Positions 1 through 9,428 of a stretch of DNA of 64,000 nt are shown in pieces. The translations under genes were made by a program, and so were the position numbers. The notes below the pieces were generated by a model that was given only the letters and a program-made list of their open reading frames with translations, did no database searches and was not told the DNA's origin. This DNA is from an uncultured Chloroflexia bacterium (GTDB lineage: Bacteria > Chloroflexota > Limnocylindria > Limnocylindrales > CSP1-4): the NCBI GenBank assembly GCA_963755115.1, contig CAVWIK010000003.1, positions 740,032 through 804,031 on the forward strand, given 5' to 3'. Each line of letters starts with the position of its first letter. Within the stretch, counting starts at the first letter, position 1.

Positions 1-43
1 TTCCTCGGACGAGGAACGGGTATCCTCCACCACGGCACCGGCC

Positions 44-1590
44 ATGACGACCGTCACTTCGTCTCGGCGCCGAACAGGAGGGCATCACTGCGCCGGGTCG
101 CCCGGCGTCTCTGAGTGGATGGACCAGACCGACGCTCCCCAGCCGTCGCGCGCTCCGCGGCGCGCGTCGCGCTCACTCGCGGCGTTCCTCTCGTTCCTCG
201 TCCCCGGCACCGGTCAATTCCTGACCGGGCGGGTCCGGGCCGGGCTCCTGTTCTTCCTCCCCATCGCGCTCGCGATCGTGGCTGCGCTCGTCGTGGCGAC
301 CGGCGACCGCGGCAAGATCCTCGGCTTCATGGTCGAGCCCAGCGTCCTGCTGGGGCTCGTCGCGCTCGACGGGGTCATCCTGATCTGGCGGGTGGCCGCG
401 ATCATCGACGCGTGGCGGGGCGCCGGCTCCGGGACGCCGCGGACCGCCGTGTCCACGATCGTCGTCGTCGCGCTCCTGGCGGTGACCGGTGCAACCCATT
501 ACGTGATCGGTGCGCAGGTCATGGCGGCCCACGACACGGTCCAGGCCGTCTTCGCGTCGTCCGATGACGGGGGCGACGACGGCTTCGGCGAGATTCCCGA
601 TCCGACGCCCGTGCCGAGCCCGACGCCGACCCCCGGCCCGGCGAGACTCCTGCGCCCACGGCCGCCCCGACCCCGACGCCCGCACCGACCCCGCGGCCCG
701 GTCCCCTGACCGACGGCCGGCTCGACATCCTCCTGGTCGGCGGCGATGCCGGCCCCGGACGGTGGAGCCTGCGGACCGACACCATGATGATCCTGAGCGT
801 GGACACGGTCACCGGCGACTCGGCGCTGTTCTCGATCCCGCGGAACATGTACAACGTGCCCCTGCCGAAGGAGAGCCGCAACGCCTTCCCGTGCCGGTGC
901 TACCCGCAGCTGCTCAACAGCCTCTACGTGTACGCCTCGGCACACCCGGGCCAGTTCCCCGGCAAGGACGACGTGCGCGGCCTGCGCGCGCTCCAGATGG
1001 CCGTCGGCACGCTCATCGATCGGAAGCTCGACGGGATGGTGGTCGTCAAGCTGCAGGGCTTCGTCAAGCTCATCAACGCCATCGGCGGCCTGACGATCGA
1101 CGTGCCGTATTCGATCCACGACGACCGCTACCCGCTCGAGAACGGCCAGGGCTACGTCACCATCGACATCCACGCCGGCAAGCAGCACATGACCGGGCGC
1201 AAGGCGCTCATGTACGCGCGCTCCCGCCACCAGGACTCCGACTACGGACGGATGGCGCGCCAGCAGATCGTCATCGATGCGATCGGCAAGAAGCTCCTCA
1301 AGGAGCCACTCCTGGTCCGGCTCCCCGATCTGCTGGACATCGCGAAGAACAACCTCTGGACGAACCTCAAGACGCGTGACCTGCCCGACCTCGCGAGCCT
1401 GGCGGAGCAGGTCGACCTCAAGGCCATGCAGAAGATCCGCTTCATCCCGCCGAAGTACGGAGAGTTCCTCGACAACGCCGAGATCAAGCGGATCCGCTCG
1501 GTCGTGAAGCACATCTTCGATCACGCGGTGCCGGCGGCGCTGCCGCCGCTGCCGTCGGCGAGACCGACGCCGACACCGGCCGGCCACTGA
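44..1590 (+). CDS. LytR-CpsA-Psr (LCP) family cell-envelope phosphotransferase, membrane anchored; frame broken once near nt 640
   Basis: TM-rich N-terminus in ORF 44..709. The LCP core (GRLDILLVGGD..RTDTMMILSVD..FSIPRN..RSRH) reads in another frame from about 640 to the stop at 1590. The switch lies inside a Pro/Thr linker. Confidence 0.75.
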
Positions 1591-1592
1591 CG

Positions 1593-1622
1593 TTGGACGG
1601 GCCGCGGGACCTTCGCTAGAAT
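1593..1622 (+). promoter_or_regulatory. Candidate sigma70-type promoter TTGGAC-18 nt-TAGAAT just after the LCP stop
   Basis: TTGGAC at 1593..1598 and TAGAAT at 1617..1622. There is no + strand CDS downstream before the hairpin at 1683..1710. Confidence 0.25.
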
Positions 1623-1682
1623 TCCGACGAGCAGGGGCGCACCGTCGGGATCGACAGCCTCTCCGAATATCGCCTTCCTCCT

Positions 1683-1717
1683 GAACCCCGGGCCCGACCA
1701 CCCGGGGTTCTTCCTCT
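1683..1717. terminator. Intrinsic-terminator-like hairpin between convergent genes
   Basis: Perfect 10-bp stem GAACCCCGGG / CCCGGGGTTC (1683..1692 and 1701..1710), 8-nt loop, followed by TTCCTCT. Confidence 0.55.
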
Positions 1718-1729
1718 GTCGGCGCTGGG

Positions 1730-4700
1730 TCAGCGCCGCGCGCGCCGATAGGCGATCGAGCCGCTGACCAAGGCCACGCTCCCGAGGATGACCAGCGTGA
1801 CCAGGACGCCGGGCCCGCCGGGCAGTGATCCGATCGCGCGGAGGATCGCCGACGCCGTGTCCGGTGGCGTCGCCGACGGTCCGGCAGCGGTGCACCGTGA
1901 TCGCCAGGACGGCGGTCGCGCAGACGTCGTCCGCGTTCGGGCTGCACACCTCGTAGGTGACGCTGTCGATGCCGGTGAAGCCCGCGTTCGGGACGTACCG
2001 GAGGATCCCCGCCGCCGAGATCGTCGCGCTGCCGTTGGCCGGTCCCGAGACGATCGTCGGGGCGGCCACGTCACCGACGTCATTCGCGGTCAGGTCGACG
2101 TCGATCGGCACCCCGGCCGTGGTCGTCGCCGCGTCGTCGACCGCACCCGGGCGGACGACGACCTCGACCGAACCGCTGCTGCACAGGCTCGGCGTGCCAT
2201 CGTCGCAGCCCTCGACCGTGAAGAGGTCGCGTCCGGTGAACGCGCCGGTCGGCGTGTACGTGAAGGCGCCGCTGTCATCGATCGTGGTGGTGCCATTGGC
2301 GGGCCCAGCGTCGACCGTCATCGTGACGGTCTGGCCGGCATCGGGATCGCTGACGGCCACCGCTCCATCGACCGCGACGCCCGCCGTCGTGGACACGCTC
2401 GTGCTCCCGACCACCGGCGGCCGGTTGGGCGCGGCCCCGACCCCGATCGTCACGGTCGCCTCCGCACAGACCGACGGCGTCACCTGGCTGCAGATCCGGT
2501 AGTCGAACGCGTCCGTCCCGACGAAGCCGGCGGTCGGCGCGTACGTCACCGACCCGTCGCCCTCGACCGTGGCCGTCCCGTTGGCCGGACCGCTGGTGAT
2601 GGTCGGTGGACCCGTGTCGCCGACATCGTTCGCCGCGACGTCGATCGTCACGGGGACCCCGTCGGTCGTGGTCGCCGCGTCGTCCACCGCCAGCGGCGCC
2701 ACGGTCACGGTCACGATGCCGCCGTTGCACAGCACCGGATCGCCGTCGTCGCAGCCGACGACCACGAAGCCGTCCAGGCCGGTGAACGTGCCGCTCGGCG
2801 TGTAGGTGAATGCGCCGCTGTCATCGATAGTCGCGGTGCCGTGACTTGGCGCGAAGGCGACCAGCACCGAGACTGTCTGACCGGGATCGGGATCGCTCAC
2901 GGTCACGGCACCCGCGACCGGGACGCCCGCGGTCGTGGTGACCGTGGCGTTCCCGATGACCGGGGGCCGGTTCGGGGCCGCCGACACCACGATGGTCACC
3001 GTCGCCTGCGCACAGACGGACGGGGTCACCTCGCTGCACACCTCGTAGGCGAACGTGTCCGTGCCGACGAAGCCCGGGGTCGGGGCATACGTGATCGACC
3101 GGTCCGCCTCGACGGTCGTCGTCCCATCCGACGGGCCGCTCACGACGGACGGCGGTCCCGTGTCGCCGATGTCATTGAGCGTCACGGCGATCGTGACCGG
3201 GACGCCGTCCGAGGTCATCGCCTCGTCGTCGCCCGGTAGCGGGTCGTAGGTCAACGTGACGGTGCCGCTGTCACACAGGACGGGACTCCCGTTGTCGCAG
3301 CCGTCGACCACGAACGAGTCGACACCCGTGAAGCCGCCAAGCGGCTCGAACAGGAAGACGCCGTCCGGGAGCATGAAGACGGTCCCGTGGGCGGGTGGCG
3401 TGCCCACGACCGCGGTGACGACCTGATCGGCGTCGGGGTCGGACATCGGGACGGCCCCACCCACCGTCGTGCCGGCGACGGCCGTGATGGACAGGTCGCC
3501 CACGACCGGCGGCGAGTTCGGTGGGACGACGCTCACGACCGTGGTGGTCACGATGGCCGATGGGGCGCTGCCGTCGTTGTCGCTCGGATCGGGATCGTCC
3601 GAGCTCGCGGTGGCCGACACGACGGCCACGAGGGTCCCCGACGCCGGCGCCGTCCCGGTGACCGTGAAGGTGACCGTCGCTCCCGGTGCCATCGGGCCGA
3701 CCGACCAGGTGACCGTCGTGCTCCCGACCACCCCGCCACCCGAGGCGCTCACCGCCGTCAGGCCGGATGGGAGCTGTTCCGTGGCGACGACGCCGGTCGC
3801 CGGTTCCGGGCCGCCGTTGGTCACCGCGATCGCGTAGGTGATGCTCCCGCCGGGGGCCACCTCTGCCGGGCCGGTCTGCACGGCGGCGATGTCCGCGACG
3901 ATGGCCGGCGGCGTCGCACAGCCGAACGGCAGATCTCCCGCGCGATCGATCACGACCGGCGCCGCCACGACATTGGCGACCGTCCCGTTCTGGACGTCGA
4001 AGATCTGGCCCGGCACGGCAGGCGTCGTGTCGTGGAACCTGATCGGTTCCGCGGCCGATGAGCCGACGAAGGTGCCCTGGGTGACCGTGGTCCCCGTGAA
4101 CGAGAACTGCCCGAAGCCCGTGACGCTGCCGCTGTTCGTCATGCTGGCCCCGGTCGTCAGGCCGTCGGGTTCCTGCAGGAACGAGCCGTTGTTCTGCCAC
4201 GTCGTCCCCGACCCGAGCGCGACCCAGCCGCTGTTCGTGACCTGGTCGTTGCTGTTGAAGGCGCCGGTGATGCGGAGCTGGCAGGCGTTGTCGATCCGCG
4301 CGCCGCCGTTGACGTTCACGCCGCCATCGAAGGTCAGGCGACCCGTGTTCGACACGCTGCCGTTGAGGTTGGTGTTGCCCGTCACGGTGAGCTGGGCCCG
4401 GTTCTCGATCACGCCGCCGCCGTTGAGGTTGAGCCCGTTCGAGAGTGTGGCCTGGCCGTCGTTCACGAGGCGGCTCGAGGTGTTGAAGCCCTGCGCCATC
4501 GTCCACGTCCCCCCGGCGTGGTTGATGAGCGATGCGGGTCCGTTCGTGTTGAAGCTGGCCGGGAAGTCGGCCTGGCCGAAGTTCTCGAACAGGAAGCCGC
4601 CGGCGACCGCGGTCGAGGGCATCACCACGTGGCCGCGGGACAGGAGCGTTCCGGCGGTGTTGTTCATCCAGGGGGGCGAGAACGTGGCCCCCGCGGCGAC

Positions 4701-4958
4701 ACAGATCGTCGCGCCGGATGGCCAGGCGTTGACCCCGCCGGTGAACGTCCCGGCGGCGATGAGGATCGTCTGACCGGCGGTCGGACTCAGGGCCGTGGAC
4801 GAGCTCGACGAGATGATGGTCGTCGGGCTCGCGCAGCCGTCGTCGTAGGAGTCGGCTGCGGTCTCCCCCACGGTCGACAGGCTGATCGACGCGGCCGCCA
4901 GCAGGGCAAACACCGCGGCCCGACGCCGGCGCTTCATGGACCGATGATAGGGACCCAT
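1730..4958 (-). CDS. Giant secreted repeat adhesin-like protein (beta-helix-like N-region, DUF11-like segment, cadherin/Ig-like tandem units, C-terminal membrane anchor); frame broken near nt 1895
   Basis: Signal peptide MKRRRRAAVFALLAAASISLS. Asn/Gly-rich repeats (NGLNLNGGGVIENRAQLTVTGNTNLNGSVSNTG). GGSITYAIAVTNGGPEPATG segment. Three units of about 182 aa. The tail continues in the frame of ORF 1730..2083 and ends SLPGGPGVLVTLVILGSVALVSGSIAYRRARR*. Confidence 0.8.
1893..3527 (-). repeat. Three tandem coding repeats of about 546 bp (about 182 aa) inside the adhesin gene
   Basis: Units at about 2982..3527, 2436..2981 and 1893..2435. Each encodes PN(R/S)PPV.G..SDPD..G.F.Y.P...G.D.F...C.D......C followed by DD.A.T..GVP..I....ND.GD...P...SGP..G...V.....I.Y.P..GF.G.D...Y..CS. 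Confidence 0.8.
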
Positions 4959-5015
4959 CGCGGCCCGGTGTGGCGCAGCCGCAGACCTGGGGTCAGCGCC
5001 GCCCGGCTCGTCCCG

Positions 5016-5660
5016 TCAGGAGCCGGCGCCCACGGCGCGGCCGGCGGAGCGTGCGGCCGCCCGCCGCGCCACGTACTTGCGCATCTTGTCCTCGGCGCCG
5101 CAGTCCTCCATCGAACACCAGCGCCGGCTTCAATTCTTGCTCTCGTCGAGGAAGTGGAACCGACACGACGGGCAGCCCTTCACGCGGTCCAGTGGGCCAT
5201 CCGTGAGCAACGTGAGCGCGGCATGGATGACCAGCCACAGCGGTCGCCCCGGGTCGTCATCGGCCCAGGCCCAAGCGAAGCCGCCATCGGCGGCGACGAG
5301 GTGCGCATGGGCGAGTGCGTCGGCCTCGTCGCGTTCGAGCCTGGCGATCGCACGAGGTGGGGGACGAGAACCCCGCGCCATGGCGCTGAACAGCTGGTAC
5401 AGGTACCGACGCGTTGCGATGGTGCGTCTGAAGACCTTGCGGGCAGCAGCGGGATGACTGCGAGAACGTCGGACCAGTCGCTCCGCGTCGACCTCGGACA
5501 GCGCCCCGACGTACTGGGCCCAGGCGACCACGTCCGCGTAGTCGTGCAGGACGTCGTCCTCGGGAGATCCGCCGGCCGGTCCGTTCTGGGTGTTGAGAAG
5601 GTCAAGGGCGAGATCGCCGCCGACGATCCGCTGCCGCTGGATATGTGCCGGTGTTTCCAT
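5016..5660 (-). CDS. CGNR zinc-finger (ABATE-type) putative regulator interrupted by an in-frame TGA at 5130..5132
   Basis: The listed ORF ends ..VKGCPSCRFHFLDESKN*. The same frame continues SRRWCSMEDCGAEDKMRKYVARRAAARSAGRAVGAGS* to 5016, completing the C-x2-C...C-x4-C CGNR finger. Confidence 0.7.
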
Positions 5661-5668
5661 CAAACAGT

Positions 5669-5707
5669 AGTTTAGCGGTTGACACCGCGGGTTGCAAGCG
5701 CTACGGT
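5669..5707. promoter_or_regulatory. Overlapping divergent promoters: + strand TTGACA(5679..5684)-17-TACGGT(5702..5707); - strand TTGCAA(5692..5697)-17-TAAACT(5669..5674)
   Basis: Hexamers and 17-nt spacers read directly from the sequence. The minus-strand -10 sits 5-8 nt from the TTG/ATG start of the CGNR gene, so that transcript looks leaderless. The region is about 50% GC. Confidence 0.5.
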
Positions 5708-5766
5708 GTTACCACTGTTACAACGATTACCGGTTACTCCGAATACCGGATCGAAGGAGACTGTTC

Positions 5767-6063
5767 ATGGACCTCGATTGGACCCTTGCCGCCGCGCTCT
5801 CTATCGCGCTGGGGAGCGTGCTGGTGCTCGCCCTCAGGGCGGTCGCCGGCTCCGACGGCGTTGACCTCGGCGACATCCTGGCGCCCCACTTCGACCTGGG
5901 CTGGCCACGTGGCGTCCAGGAGGAAGACCTCATCCCCTGGCGCATCGAGTCGCTGACGCCGCGACCTGACCGAGAGCGGGCCGAGCGCCGGACGGCGGAA
6001 CTGGCGCCTCGGCGGTCGGTGGCCACCCGAGCGGCCACCCGAACCGGTCAGACGAACATCTGA
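5767..6063 (+). CDS. Small hypothetical membrane protein (one N-terminal TM helix)
   Basis: SD GGAGA 7 nt before the ATG at 5767. TM helix LAAALSIALGSVLVLAL. No recognisable family. Confidence 0.45.
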   Translation: MDLDWTLAAALSIALGSVLVLALRAVAGSDGVDLGDILAPHFDLGWPRGVQEEDLIPWRIESLTPRPDRERAERRTAELAPRRSVATRAATRTGQTNI

Positions 6064-6096
6064 ACGAACCGGAGAAGCCAGCTCCGGAGACAAGCC

Positions 6097-6125
6097 AGCC
6101 CCCGAGGTCGTCGACCCCGGGGGCT
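6097..6125. terminator. GC-rich hairpin between convergent genes
   Basis: AGCCCCCG / CGGGGGCT stem with inner GGTC/GACC pairing. A second hairpin, CCGGAG..CTCCGG, lies at 6069..6087. Confidence 0.4.
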
Positions 6126-6147
6126 GTGCGTGCAGCGCGAGGATCCG

Positions 6148-7458
6148 TCAGGGCGCGGTGCGTTGCCAGTCGAGATCGCCGTCCGATCCCCATGGGACCG
6201 TCGTCGCCGGCGCCCCCCTCGGGTCGAGCAGGTACGCCGTGGCGGGACCGCCGTCGCCGGAGAACATCAGGATCTTCGACGAATCCGGGGCCCACACCCA
6301 ATGCGCCGTGCCGTGCAGCGTCGGCCCGGTGTCGACCACGGGCCCTGTCCCGTCGGCCCGAACGACCGAGACGCCGTGCTCCGACAGGTCGTTGCCGTTG
6401 TGCCAGTAGGCGATCCACTTGCCGTCGGGCGACGGGACGGCCTCACCGTCCCACGCCGCCCCGCGCGGCAGGAACTCGTGATCGTTCGTGCCGTCGGCGT
6501 TCATCACCCACAGCCGGCAGCAGCCGCCATCGTCCCCGTGCTGGTAGAAGATCCGGCTCCCGTCGGCGGAGTAGGACGCCCCGGCGAAGCTGAGGTCGAT
6601 CCCAACCGGCACCGTCGGCTCGGCGAGCGTCCGCGGGTTCGAGCCGTCGGGGTCCATCGCGAACAGGCCCCACTTCCCATCCACGAGCGCGCGGTACAGG
6701 ATCGTGTCGGCCTGGGGCGGCCGGTACTGGACGAAGTCCATGCCGTCGGCGCTCGTGATGTGCTGGATCGCACCGCTACCGGTCGCGTCGAAGAGATCGA
6801 GCACGTTGACATGGCAGATCGTCGTCCCGCATCCATCGCTCGACTCGACCGGATGGATCACCGCGAGTCGGCGCCCGTCCGGCGTCCAGCTGAGCCACTT
6901 CCAGTCGGGGAGTGACTCGGGCGTGATCCGCTTGAGGTCCGAACCGTCGGCGTTCACGACATAGACGTCCACGGGATCCGCCCCGGCGGCTTGCGCCGTA
7001 CGCAGGAAGGCGACGCGCGTGCCGTCCGGCGAGAACTGGGGCACGCCAACGTCCTCGGGCCCCCCAACGAGAAGCCGGGTGACCCCGGTCTCGGGGTCGC
7101 CGACATAGAGGTCGCCATTCGAGACGTACGGGATCAACCCGTTGGCCGCGGGGCCGAACGGGGCGGGCAGCCGGGTCTGGTGCGTCCCGACGTACACGAC
7201 GGCGGCACCGACGAGGAGCGCGATGAGCACGAGCGCCACGGCGAGCGTGCGCCACGGGATGCGCGGCGCGACCGTCCGGCGCGTGGTGATGTCAGCCATG
7301 GGGATCCACCTTTCGGGGAACGTCCAGCCGGGACGTTGGGATCGGGACGAGGCGCGCTCGATGGCGGCCTCGAGATAGGCGGGGGTGCGGGCGTCCGCGA
7401 GCTCATCCATGAGCCCGGCGAGGACGCGATCGGCTCGGGAGGATCGATCCAAGGTCAT
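6148..7458 (-). CDS. Single-pass membrane protein with extracytoplasmic TolB/PD40-like beta-propeller; putative partner (anti-sigma-like) of the upstream ECF sigma
   Basis: ATGA overlap with the sigma gene. N-terminal motif SQRPGWTFPERWIPM followed by a TM helix. Repeated F/WSPDG..(V/L/I)A(F/Y) propeller motifs. Confidence 0.75.
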   Translation of the reverse strand: MTLDRSSRADRVLAGLMDELADARTPAYLEAAIERASSRSQRPGWTFPERWIPMADITTRRTVAPRIPWRTLAVALVLIALLVGAAVVYVGTHQTRLPAPFGPAANGLIPYVSNGDLYVGDPETGVTRLLVGGPEDVGVPQFSPDGTRVAFLRTAQAAGADPVDVYVVNADGSDLKRITPESLPDWKWLSWTPDGRRLAVIHPVESSDGCGTTICHVNVLDLFDATGSGAIQHITSADGMDFVQYRPPQADTILYRALVDGKWGLFAMDPDGSNPRTLAEPTVPVGIDLSFAGASYSADGSRIFYQHGDDGGCCRLWVMNADGTNDHEFLPRGAAWDGEAVPSPDGKWIAYWHNGNDLSEHGVSVVRADGTGPVVDTGPTLHGTAHWVWAPDSSKILMFSGDGGPATAYLLDPRGAPATTVPWGSDGDLDWQRTAP

Positions 7459-8021
7459 GCGACCGGCCCTCCGAGCGCAGGCGCGCCTGCGGACGTGACC
7501 TCCTCGATCGACACGGCGGAGCGCATGGCTCCGAGCGATCGATGGAGGCGTGACTTCGCGGTCCCGATCGGGATGCCGAGCATCTCGGCGACCCGCGGGA
7601 GCGGCAGGTCCAGGTAGAGGTGCAGGACGACGACGGCACGCGCCTCCGGCTCGAGCCGGGCCAGCACGCGATCGAGCAGGTCGCGTTCCGCGATCTGCCC
7701 CGCGCTGTCCTGCGTGGGAAGGTCGTTGATCTCGGTCAGCTCGACCTCGATGACCCGCCTCCGGCGTTGGCGGATGAGGTCGATGCAGGCGTGCGCCACC
7801 AGGCTGTGCAGCCAGTGGTCGAACGTCGCGGGGTCGCGCAGCCCCGGCAGGCTGCGCCAGGCCCGGATCAGGGTGTCCTGGACGGCGTCCTGGGCCAGTT
7901 CCGGGTCGCGAAGGATGAGACGAGCGGTGGCGTCCAGGCGCGCACCGGACGCGCGGGCGAGTTCAGCGAAGGCTTGCCGGTCGCCTCGCCTGGCTCGGTC
8001 CACGAGTCCGTGCTGGTCCAC
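7455..8021 (-). CDS. ECF-type RNA polymerase sigma-70 factor
   Basis: Region 2 DAVQDTLIRAWRSLPGLRDPATFDHWLH. Region 4 LGIPIGTAKSRLHRSL. GTG start. Confidence 0.9.
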   Translation of the reverse strand: MDQHGLVDRARRGDRQAFAELARASGARLDATARLILRDPELAQDAVQDTLIRAWRSLPGLRDPATFDHWLHSLVAHACIDLIRQRRRRVIEVELTEINDLPTQDSAGQIAERDLLDRVLARLEPEARAVVVLHLYLDLPLPRVAEMLGIPIGTAKSRLHRSLGAMRSAVSIEEVTSAGAPALGGPVA

Positions 8022-8140
8022 GCTCGCCTCTCGGCTGTCGGCGCGGCCACGGTAGCCGCGCTCGATAGCCTACGGCGCTGGCGGCGGCCCGGAAGGTTCC
8101 CGATTCCTTCCGGACCGACGATCGCGGGGTATCGCTGGGT

Positions 8141-9428
8141 TCAGTCGAGCGCTGCCCGCTGCCAGCTCGGGCCGGACGCGATGTCGAATGGCATCGCGCG
8201 GACCTCGCCGGTAGCCACGTCGATCTCCGTCGGCTTGACCGCGCTGGCACCGAAGTGGTCAGTTTGGAGGGTCGGGATCGTAAGCAGGGTCAACCCATCC
8301 GGAGACCAGATGAAGTCGCTGTCGACGGCGGGAGTCGGACCGACCGCGACGACCGGGCCACCACCGACCGGCACGATGCCGATCGGACGGTTGAGGAACC
8401 CGGTGCTGCCCGGCGCCTGCTGCCACCGGTTGAAGGCGAGCGACTGCCCGTCGGGGGACCACTGCAGACCCTGTTCCCACCAGTCGACGCCCTCGTGCGT
8501 CAGCTGGTGCGGATCGGATCCGTCCGCGTTCATGACGCAGACGTTCGAGCCGACGTGGGTCACCGGGTCGCTGCAGATATACGCGATCCTCGTGCCGTCG
8601 GGCGACCAGCGGTACTCCGAAAGATCGGCGTAGTCGCCGTCCAGATGTGGAATCCAGGAGCAACCGCTTGTCCGACCCGTCGGCCTTCATGACCCAGAGA
8701 TCGATGACCGGGGTTTCGTCGTTCTCGAAGAGGATGGCGTCATCGGTGGCCCGGATCGTGCCATCGGTCCAGCGACCGATCGCGAGGTCCTTCGTCCCTG
8801 CGCCGCCGCCCACGTCGATCCGCTGGATCCGCCCGTGCAGCGTCGCGATGACCGCCGAGCCATCGGACGTGAGGTGGGCACGCTCATCGGTCGAGAGCGG
8901 ATCGGACGTGACCACGCGAGCGCCTGACCCGTCCGCGTTCGCCACCAGGATGTCATAGGCATTGGCGCTGCCTCGCTGGCGCGCGAACAGCACCCTGGTC
9001 CCGTCGAGCGAGAACTCCGGATCGATGTCCGTGTCCGGACCGGTGGTGATGGCCGTCGCGACACCCGTCACGGGGTCGACCGTGAAGATGTCGCCACCCT
9101 TCGCGTAGATCAGCAGGCCATTCGCAGCCAGACCGAACGGCGGCGGGAGCTTGGGCCGCGAGCCGATGAACGCCACGGTCCCGGCGATGAGCAGGGCGAT
9201 GATGAGCAGGGCCATCGCGATCGTCCGCGACGGCAGCCGTGGCGCGAACGTGGAGCGGTTGGTGATCTCAGCCATGGGAAGCCACCTTTCGGGGAACGTC
9301 CAGTAGGGCCGCTGGCGCTTGCGCGCTGTCTGGCCCAGGACGTCATCGATGTAGTCGGGGGTGGGACCCGCCGCCAGGTCGCCCAGGATCGAAGGCAGCG
9401 AGCGCTCGAGGCGCGTCGGCGTCGTCAT
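8141..9428 (-). CDS. Paralogous TM + beta-propeller partner protein; frame broken near nt 8655
   Basis: N-terminus RQRPYWTFPERWLPM plus TM helix. After ..DLWVMKADGSDKRLL the sequence continues in another frame as SWIPHLDGDYADLSEYRWSPDGTRIAY..VCVMNADGSDPHQL.. to the stop at 8141. Confidence 0.75.

Noticed and set aside
1-16. Inverted repeat TTCCTC-GGAC-GAGGAA at the window edge.
   Set aside because: It may be the terminator of an upstream gene, but it is cut by the window boundary and cannot be interpreted.
5130-5132. The in-frame TGA as selenocysteine or as genome-wide UGA reassignment (Gly or Trp).
   Set aside because: TGA clearly ends many conserved genes here (proC, korA, korB, the S9-upstream gene, SPFH, ctaG, the ABC ATPase). 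The codon does not align with a Cys position of the CGNR finger. I could not identify a convincing SECIS-like hairpin by eye. A nonsense mutation or base error is more economical.
8060-8069. Conserved block GCTATCGAGC (minus-strand reading) upstream of both tandem ECF sigma genes (also at 10021..10030), as a novel regulatory motif.
   Set aside because: The whole sigma-partner module is duplicated, so upstream similarity is expected from paralogy. The block directly follows TAGGCT / TACGCT hexamers that look like ordinary -10 boxes.
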